A stretch of DNA of 64,000 nt from positions 1 to 64,000 of the forward strand of contig DF237095.1 of NCBI GenBank assembly GCA_000708835.1, read 5' to 3'. Below the pieces are notes generated by a model, which ran no database searches, had not been told where the DNA came from, and saw only the letters and a program-made list of their open reading frames with translations. Of the stretch, positions 37,152-46,400 are shown piece after piece. Position 1 is the first letter of the stretch, and each line of letters begins with the position of its first letter. This stretch comes from Klebsormidium nitens. Its lineage: Eukaryota > Plantae > Klebsormidiophyceae. The translations under genes and the position numbers were made by a program.

Positions 37152-39244
37152 AGAGGGGCAACTGGAGCAGAGACCCGAGTTATTGGAATGGGCCGCGAGT
37201 GCGTGACCAACAAATCAATGAGCTTTTTATTGCAAGCGCAACGGTTAAAGAACGCAAGCCACAGTTGTCATCCTTTGAGAACGATTGAGTTACTGGAGAT
37301 ATTGTGCAGACTACTAATGGGCGATAGATAGACTGTCATTTGAGATTTGTTCGACTGCCTCACCGCCATTGTGTGTAAGTTTCTGTTTACCTGTTCCCAA
37401 GGAAAAAGTTAGTCAAAGGTAGCTATGTCGCTGACTAAAAAGCGAGTGTAACATGATCAGGAGCTAGAGTGGGTTTCTTTTGTCAGTGCAGCAACTAGGT
37501 TGCCTGATTCCGACAACTGTGCCAACCAGTCCGTACTCGACAACGAGAAAGGTCATCAAGAAACTTTAAAGTTCAAAGGTCGGAGAAGCGGAATTCGAGT
37601 TTCGTTTGATCCGACGTAGCTCGTTGTCGATTGCGATGGGCTCATCGGTAATTTTATGTGGTCGCATTGCTCTGGTCGTATATGCGATTAGGTTATATCT
37701 GAAAAGACTGGCTTTACTGGGATAAGAGGAGCGCATAAGCATTCACACGCACACTAACGAAAGTGTTTCGAATCTGGTCAGAAGCTTCATGATTCTGGCG
37801 ATTGCAGTCAAGTTTCGGATCTATTGTTTCGTTTCCAAGCGTAGATTGCACGTCCGTCCCCTCTGAAAAAACAGATCAGTTTGTATTCGCAACGGGCATA
37901 CGCTGTCACTCCGAATGCTCATGCGTCCGTTGAGTGATCGATTTATACCGCGCAACAGGCGGACGTGCCTGGCGGCAATGTATTGCATAAAGTTCCCTTT
38001 GGTAAGTGCACTCACAAAAAATTTGGGCGAATGCGATGCCGGAGGGACCATATTACCAGCCGCGAGTTCAAGTGTTCCATCATCAGTATATCATAGCTAG
38101 CTCTTTCGTGCTTTTTCTGAGCAATCAGACGTGCTAAAGCGTTCGACGTTTTTGGATCAACGGAAAGTTCCAGACGTACCGATCGAACCGATCTGTCTAA
38201 TGACTCCGGGTGCGCACAATGGGAATCTTGAAGGACCTGTAAATACAGTTAGCCTTTGACTTTTCATTTTTCATGGCCGCACGCGCGTATCTATCGTGAC
38301 CTGGCCCTGTGTGTACATACAAGTGCTTGCGTGACCGATCCAACATCTTGCGGTGTAGAAAATACTGACCTCGAGTCTTGTGCACGGCTCTGAGTCCGAC
38401 ATTGTGAGTATCTGGATTAACGCCCCAGCCCTTGATCGATAACGGTCGCTTTGCATGTTGACTGCGGTTCGGATGGAAAGAGCAGTCCGCTAACTGGGAG
38501 AGAACATCACCGCTCTCAGCTTCACGTGTCTCATAATGGTACGTGATGTACGGTAAGGCCCCAAAGTAACGTCTCATCGGGACCCGCAGCTGATGCCGTA
38601 ATGCTCAGCGGCTGCATCCTGCATGAGCGACTCGAGCCTGGTGCACATGATCATGCATGATGTCAAGTCGTACCTGGCTTCTGCACTCAAATAACAACGA
38701 GAAATGATAACAATCAAATCTTGCCAACAGATATGGAGCATTGAGTTTGTCGATATCAGCCGACGCTTGCGACTATACGCGTTCAATGGCCGAAGCTGAA
38801 ACCCAATCAATTACCATGCATGCGTTTCAAGATAGTCGTGCTGTATTCGCCGGCAGTGCAATACACGTCTTGTCATTGAGTTCATTGAATGCTTTTCTAA
38901 GTTGCCTCTGCCATGAATGAGGAAAGAGGTCACATGTCCAATCAGTCGAGCTTGGGTTGCCCGGCAGGAGGCACACAATTCCCGTTGCATGCAAGAGCTA
39001 TAGAAGTTAAGCACTCATGTAAGTTCGTGCAATGCAGAGATGCTCATTGAACAACGAATCGTCTGTACAAGCCGAACTGGCACTACGAGGATGCAATCAA
39101 GGACCTAGGGACATCGTCAATCACCTACTTAGTTTGAGTACCTACCCCGAAGACACGTGTTCTTTCTACTGTACTGTGTATTATATAGTCGGTACGCTGT
39201 TCACAAAACTACCAATCGATCGAGGACAAGTTAGGCAAAAGCTG

Positions 39245-41336
39245 TTACAGATAACCGGTCCCCAGTCCAGTAAACACACTGCCCTTCCGGTCCTCTGCAG
39301 CCTGGGTCGCAAAGTGCCATCTATACATAACCAGAGCGGAGCTGATGAGAATGGCCGCTAGAATGATTGCAACCTGGATTTCGAAACGCTGAACCTGCCC
39401 GGTCAGTGTCACCTTTGTCGACGCCAAAAGCGTGAAGCTCTCATAAGCCGCGACTTGGTTCAGAGAGGTGTGCACCCAGGAAGCCGTTGCGTGTTCATAC
39501 CGATGCGCGACCAGACCCCACAGATAGGCGATAGTCGCAACGTTTACTGAAAGGGCCTCCACGAGAGACCCCGCAAGACGGACCACAATGGTTACCCACG
39601 ACTTGTTGTCCGACAAAAAGGGAAGCCTGCTTTTGAAGGCATTCACACCGTAGCCCGCTGCAATACTCGCCACTGCGTTGCTGAGAGCGGAGTTCAGTGT
39701 GAAACGGCTCAGCAGGGCGACGATCTGAGCTCTGGCAGCTGCGATTGTGGACCCCTGATTTGAGGCATACGCAGATTGGATCGCGAGCGCCAGCAGACTC
39801 TTCACCAAGTCGCTGCCTAGGTTTACGGTGCCGTCGCCCACTATACCTTCGGAAGGATCCCTCTGCTTCAAAAGGCACGCGTCCCCGCTCCTCGGGTCCG
39901 CCATAATCTTGGTTGAGTTTGCCACGTGCACTAAACCATCCAGCTGCAACATCGACTGCGGCGAGAAGTGGAGATACGCTAGATCGGCGATTGCGGCGGC
40001 GCTCTCGGGGGAGAGATATCCCACAGTGTACCTCATCCCAAACGTGTTCTGCGCTGCGCTTGCTAACGTGGTGGTGTATGACTTGGCGCTGCACACGGGG
40101 TCATTGTTGCTCGTTATAAAGTTCCGTGTCTCCCCCAGACTGAAGAGCTGCGCCCAGTTCAAGTTGTTCGAACGAGGGCTGACCGTTTGTCTCATGCTGT
40201 ACGCACACCTCAGCTCATGGCCTGCTCCCCCGGCTTCGTCGCGTTGAAAGACGTAGATAAACTGAAAGGGTTTCGTACCATCAATATCATATGATTGAGG
40301 GTACATAACCCCAATATGGCTCCCTATAGAGCTGCGCGCAGTCCTCTTCCGCCATGTTGTTGAATTCTGGCAGCTTCCCCTGCCAGGCAAACGCCACGAG
40401 GAACCCGTTCCACCTAGCGCAAAATGCAGTTGTCCCGCCCAAGATGTAACTAGAGAGCGAAGGGACGACGCTCGTGGTGCCCGAGCAAACAGGGGTGTTA
40501 TTCAAGGGGGCATACGCGTTGAGGGTGGCCGTTGTCTGGAGGTTTTCCAGTGAGAGGGGGTTGTTCTGCTCCCCGATGAAACTCTGTGTGTCTATAGGCA
40601 AGCTGCTGAACTGCGCTGCTTGCTCCACATAGAGCTGAGTGTAGCTCAGGGGAAAGTGTATGCCTGTCGCAGCACTCTGAAGTTGGAAAGAGTCATTGAA
40701 GCTTTGACACTGGCTGCCACAATCTAGGAGCTGCGCGCTGGAGTATGAAGCGTTGTCGGCCGGGTTTGCAGGCGGCAATCCCACTTTCACCACGGCCTGG
40801 GCAAGGAGCACGTTGCACTCAATGCCTCCCTTGGTAGCTGCCGGCTCCACCCGTGTCTGGGCACACACAATGGGCATCATTCCCGTACCCAAGTAAGAAG
40901 GCTCCCCACTCAATCGTGCTGGCAACGCCTTGTTCATGGTTGCTGTGGCGTTGGTGTCCGCTCGATACGCGTAACCGTTCAAGCTCCCTTGTATGATATA
41001 CCGCAGCGTGCCATTGGCTCCATCGCTGGCCCGCCCGCCCCTCCCCAGAACTGCCGTGTTCAGCGTCGCCTGCTGACGATAGACCTTCTGCCAGTCGAGG
41101 ACGGTCACGGGGTCCTTATCGCCCAGATACTGCTGGATGTTGGACAGCGCATACCCCAAGTTCCACTCAAAGTAGGTCTGTCGCGCAGCTTTGCTGCCAA
41201 CCAACGCGGTCAGACTCCCGGCCTCTTGCACTTCAATAGCTATGACAGCACTTGTGAACAATATTGCCACCGTCAAAGCGCTACAGATGAGCTGAGGCCC
41301 CTGCCTCACTGCAGCGCATTGATGTGCAGCCGCCAT
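39245..41336 (-). pseudogene. Intronless unknown membrane glycoprotein split into two overlapping frames (349 aa and ~350 aa)
   Basis: ORFs 40287-41336 and 39245-40390 overlap and both read as protein. There is an N-terminal hydrophobic segment (LICSALTVAILFTSAVIAIEV), a Cys-containing luminal region with N-x-S/T sequons (NGT, NAT, NAS, NDS, NST), and hydrophobic segments near the C-terminus (WVTIVVRL...IAYLWGLV; IQVAIILAAILISSALVMYRW). A 1-nt shift near 40290-40330 joins the two frames. A cryptic short intron or a sequencing error is also possible. Confidence 0.55.
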
Positions 41337-41727
41337 GAGTGCCCTGATATTGCGCCGGCCAGAGCTCTCTCCTTCGGCACGTCGAGGTGCCCGGCCAGTG
41401 GTTGCAGCCAGACCTTTTGCTTGTGCCCTGGGCCTATAGGAACAGGTTGACTGCGTGCTGGCTCAAATGCAGCAGAAATGGGAACTCCCTCGGTTCACCG
41501 TTCAGATATGCTTTGCTGTGATTGGCTCAGTACGGACAGCTTATTTTAGGCGACAGACTCGGTCATCATAAACCGTTCGATTCTGTCGACTGGCCCCGAT
41601 CGGTGGTAGAAGATGCTTAGCTCCAACTTCGACGCCTCCTGCGTACCTTCGTCGCGCAACCTAGACCGGTAGTATTCACCGGTTCTCTACCCTCCGACCG
41701 TATGCTGGTGCCGACCAGAGCCTGTAG

Positions 41728-41950
41728 GAGCGGGGTCAAGGAGAATCAGTACTTTTGAGACCGGGGCCGGAGATGCTGTTGGAAGGGCTGACGTGGCGGG
41801 GTTTAGGGGCGAAACCCTGAGCTAGGCTTCTTTCGAACCAATCATAATTGGGAAGCCTCAGGTCAAAACCCTAGACCCCGCCACGTCACCCCTTCCAACA
41901 GTATCCCCGGCCCTCGGTCCCCAAATTACTGATTCTCCTTGACCCCGCTC
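41728..41950. mobile_element. Foldback MITE (223 bp) with ~85-bp terminal inverted repeats
   Basis: Left arm gagcggggtcaaggagaatcagta...tgttggaagggctgacgtggcggggtttaggg; the right arm is its near-perfect reverse complement ending ccttgaccccgctc. TGTAG flanks both ends (41723-41727, 41951-41955) as a candidate 5-bp TSD. Confidence 0.8.
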
Positions 41951-42039
41951 TGTAGGCACTTAAACCACCACCCAGACTTATATAATCGGGCAAACTAAAA
42001 TGCTGACGTGGCATAACTTGCCAACGGTCGTCGAGATCG

Positions 42040-42444
42040 TGAAATTCAAACTGCGACTCTGGAGCGCATGTTCTTGAACACTCAAAATGGTGGCTCCTCC
42101 ACCTGGAATTTGTATCAAACCTTCACCAAATCCGGCGGTGTCAAGCCTGGTCGCCAGGAACAGGCCCCGTTGGGACGCGCTCCCTTTTCCAGCTCTTGAA
42201 AGCGTCAAAAACAAGGCCTGTAGGCCCTACAAGCTCCTCTCAGCTTATAGGAGCTATTTTTGGTGGTTTTGAGAGCTGAAAAGCTTGGCGCCTTCCTGCA
42301 AGGCCTCTTTGGAGCGACTAGGCTTGGCACCGCCATTAGAAAGCATGTTCTGGACATGCCCAGAGCTGGAGGAAGAGCCATTTTTAAGTGCCAAATGTGT
42401 GCGCCCCATGAGGAGAACTTGAACTTCAAGTTGAAGTTCAAGTT
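42040..42444. repeat. Large imperfect palindrome (foldback element) centred near 42235
   Basis: Nested inverted pairs: cactcaaaatggtggctcctcc (42079) with ggaggaagagccatttttaagtg (to 42390); ggcggtgtcaagcctggtcgc with gcgactaggcttggcaccgcc; cttttccagctct with agagctgaaaag. A perfect 14-bp hairpin aacttgaacttcaa-g-ttgaagttcaagtt lies at 42416-42444. Confidence 0.7.
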
Positions 42445-42604
42445 CTGAAGCTGGCCGGCATCCCGGAAGGGTGGGTGGTGGTGCACACCGTAGGGCACGG
42501 TAGCTTGCGGGGATGGTCGGGACTCGGATGTTATTGTAGGATCGTTTCGAAGTTCGATGCCGCCGGTCGAAATTGTCGCGCGCCGACACACCACTTCTCA
42601 GTGC

Positions 42605-43028
42605 CGCATAAGGAATCTGAGCTTGGTGAGCGCTGGGCCTAGTTTTGACGCTCGCAAAGTTCCACGTCGGATCATCGGTACCGTGAATTGAGTCGCGTGG
42701 CATTATCTACGGCCGTCGCCGATTTTCGGAGGTTCAAAGTCGAATTTTCGGACTCGGCCGAGTCACTGCCACTGCCACTGACACTGGGCTAGGCTCGAGC
42801 CTAGCTAGGCTAGCTAGGCTAGCTACTGAGTAGCCAGTGTCCGGACTCCGAATTTTCCGGCGCGCCGAACTCAAACTTGATTAAATTTAGTCGCTAGTAC
42901 TGCAAATTTGAGGCTCGGATCCGCCGACCGGCCTGCCACGCGGCGAATCTCATGGTTCCGATGATCCGACGTGGAACGTTGCGAGCGTCAAAACTAGGCC
43001 CACTTTGAGAAATTAGATCCCTTATGCG
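42605..43028. mobile_element. Foldback/MITE-like element with ~65-95-bp inverted arms
   Basis: gggcctagttttgacgctcgcaaagttccacgtcggatcatcgg...cgcgtggca (42635-42702) is inverted at about 42935-43001. The arms extend weakly to cgcataagg/ccttatgcg, and the core carries gctaggctag repeats. No clear TSD. Confidence 0.7.
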
Positions 43029-43421
43029 CGTCCGGGCGGCCCGCCGGCCGGTCGGCTGCGCGGTCATACGGCGCCGGCCGCGGCGAGTCACCGCCCACGA
43101 CACAGTGCGCGCGTTGCGCGGTCCGATGCAGTGCAGGGATTCCGGGTTTGTATTCTAGGTTTGTACAAACCGCTTTGCTGATCGAGTGTACCTTGACAAG
43201 TCAGCACATGCAAAGCAGCAAAACGAGGGCCCCAGCAATCTGGAGAGCGCCCCGACTGACGCCCCGACTGACGCCATGAAAGGTTGCAGATGCAGACACA
43301 ATGCTAAGAGAGACCTGATACCGCCCTGTGTACTTTGAGCACCATGCTGCACGTAAGGGTGTGCGCGTCAACGTGACGAGCAAAACTTTTCCCTGACTGC
43401 GGCTGCAAACCGGTTGGAATC

Positions 43422-46400
43422 ATGGCCAGTCTCTTCTGCGGGCGTCCCTCTAGCAGCGCAAATGACGGGGGTTTCATGCCGGGAGAGGACAACATTTCAG
43501 ACGTGATTCCCGGAGAGACCAAGCAACTGATCGTCATCCCCGCCCGACGGAGACTGCGGCGGTCGAAGGGGCTGACGGCCAAAGCTTGGAGAAAGGCCTT
43601 TGACACCGAGGGGCGCCCCACTCATGTTGCAAAGCTGCTTGGCAAGGTGGGACCGAATAAGTGGTGTCAGTCGCCTCTTGTAAATCAGCTGGGCCTGCCT
43701 TACCAGGGCCGCTGGTTGGGGGTGGGACTTGAGGAGTGTCTGTGGAATGAGCTCGTCTGTCCTTTGTTTCGTCTTCTGTGACACCAGGTGAATGCAGCAG
43801 ATTTACCAAGAAGGAAAGTGTTTCTTACGAGGATCCTCAGCATTGTGGGGGCTGCAAGTAGATTGAAATTCTAAAAATCGCCAGCAGAGACAATTCACCG
43901 AGCAAAGTCACATAGGGATTCCTAGAGTTTTCAATATACTGGTTAAAGTCAATGCTAAGATTTCCAGTTTGAACCAGGTGCAACGAGGGGGAGTGAACCC
44001 GAGCATCCGACCAGAGGTCTGGGAGCTGCTGCTTGGAGTTTGGCCGGTGAACAGCACGGCAGAGGACCGGAGGGCTCTGCGGAGCAAGAGGAGGTTAGTG
44101 CTGGACAATAACATTACTTTTTCACTTACATTCATCCTATTTTTCAAATGTTAAGGCCTGCAACACTCAATGGTGTGTTGGCCCTTCATAGCCGAACGGT
44201 GGTTGGATGCGCCTCTGCAATGACACAGAAGATAAGACGAGTAAGGTGAGGTGCAAGGAACTCAAGATGCCTCAGTTCCGATGGTGTAGCTTATTGCAGC
44301 ATCCCGTCCACTTTTTTGCGTCCCAGCCTTGAGATCAAAGCGTTTTGACATGGCACATGTCCACTTGCTTCATCGCAGAAGATTCTTCCCCCTAAACCCA
44401 CTCATGGAAGACTGCCTGCCCCTCGGAAGCGGACCCCGTTTCTGGCTGCCTTGGATTCAGATAGTCTTGTGCAAACAACCGAAAAGCAAGTCAATAACAG
44501 ACTCAGGAGTCCTGTCACGTGATGTCCATGGGTCTTTCATACACGATTCAGCCATGATCAAAGAAAACAATAGATTCTTTCACTCACGAATCAGTCAAGT
44601 TCAAAGAAGAAACTGGAGAAGCAGCTCGGCACCCACTCCCAGTCACTTGCGAAGACCCAGATTCTGTGTCTCCGTCTCGTTGCATCTGACGTTCTCGTGG
44701 CTGACGTTCGCAGGCTGCTGTACGCGGAGGTCTTGGACCAGTGCCGGCAAATCCACCCTGGCATCGGGAGCGGAAAGCTGGCATATGCAGTGAACGATTC
44801 CCGCATTCTGGACGCGCGGACCAGCACGTCACCCGGGATTGTCAGTGGCACTGTTGCGTCATTCCCCAGGGAAAGCGAGGCGGAGGGACAGAACGATGGG
44901 GAAAGCAAGGAGGTGAGCATTCCTACCGCGGAGTCGCTTCACCAAGGCTTGATTAGGAGGGGTCAGTACCTTCGATGATATGATCGTAAGTTATCAGAGA
45001 CCGAAGACCAAAGGAGGGAATTGTGTCCAGGGTTTTTCCTTTCGAAGATTCCTCTCGAAAATTTCGAGCATCAGGAGAGCTCGTGGTGGATGCTCTAGGC
45101 TCACTTTCAGTTTTGTTTCCGTTGATAAAATGGATCAAGCAGCGCAAACAACAATTGGAAGACAATTCTGGTAGTCCTTCTGCGCACTCGCTATGCCCTT
45201 TTTCATCAGCTCAGCAATAAGACATCCCCGCTATCAATCTACGGTTTCTTACGGAAGCCCAAGATTGGTTGCAACATTGTCCAACGCTTGAAACCCTGCT
45301 TGAAGAGGCCATGTTTAAGGTTGTCCACTCGTCCACTTGAGGCGCTTTTATCACTGGACCTTTTCGAGAGGTTTCTCATTACCTTGCGCTCCCTTCTGTG
45401 CTTTCTTGATCGTTCTCACTTGACATTCTCTATTTGTTTGCAGTTGCCGAGGCCTCCCCGGAGGAGTCTGGAACGGGTCAGGATCGGCAGCCGCGCGGCA
45501 AACGAACTAGGCTGGGGGGCAAACTTCCTGTTTGCAATCGCCGAACGGAATGCAAAGGACGGGTTGTATGAAGCACAGCCGGCGCTCGATGTGTGGCTCG
45601 AATGGTACGTGGACGAAACTGTTGCAGAAGTTGGCTCGCAGACGGGGGGGGGCGGGACAACGAAGGAGAGTGTCGCAGGCACAGCTGCTGAGGAGGGGAC
45701 TTCGGTTAGGGAAATGTTTGATATTAACATAGAGAAGACTCGGGAGATAACCCCGGAAATAACCCCAGAACTGACGCCAGGCCGGAACATAGACAGAGTC
45801 CCGGAGTCAGTCCCGCAACAAGCCCCGGAAATGACTTGTAAAGAAACTTGCGAAATAGCTCCGGAGATCACTCCGGAAGTGGTTCCAGAAGTGGTTCCGG
45901 AAGTAACCCCAGACTTAACCCCGGCGCAAGCCTCAGAAATAACCCCAGCAACGACGTCCGGGTCAGCACTTACGGAAGAGAACATCGGAGGCCGTACTTT
46001 AGAACGGCCGTTTCATGCAGGGGCGGAGCCGGCAATTGTGGTTGCGAAAGGTCCCGGAAACGAACCACTCGTCGAAAACGGGCAGCAAGAGAACCAAGGG
46101 TCAAGTTCGTTACCCCCTAAACCAGCCGGTTTGGGCCGGGTTAAGACGATGGTCGCCGAGCTCGAACGGAGGGCGCAGGACGAGGCGCTCGAGGTGCAGG
46201 CGTCATTTTCGAAACGGCCCAAGGGCGCCAAGCTGGGGAAAGAAATGGCGGCGAAGTCGGTGCTCTCGGCGGCGTTGCTACGGGACGGGTCGGAAGGACG
46301 GAGTCTGTCAGGACCGAGTCAGAAGGAGGACATGCTGACGTCAGCAGCGGGGCGAGGGGAGAGCGACGGGGTGGTTGCGTCGTCACTGGACGGCCGAAAT

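Noticed and set aside
37820-39010. Short ORFs such as 38197-38577 in CATG/TGCA-rich sequence
   Set aside because: No identifiable domain; may be a methylation-decayed repeat, but this is not demonstrable without a search.
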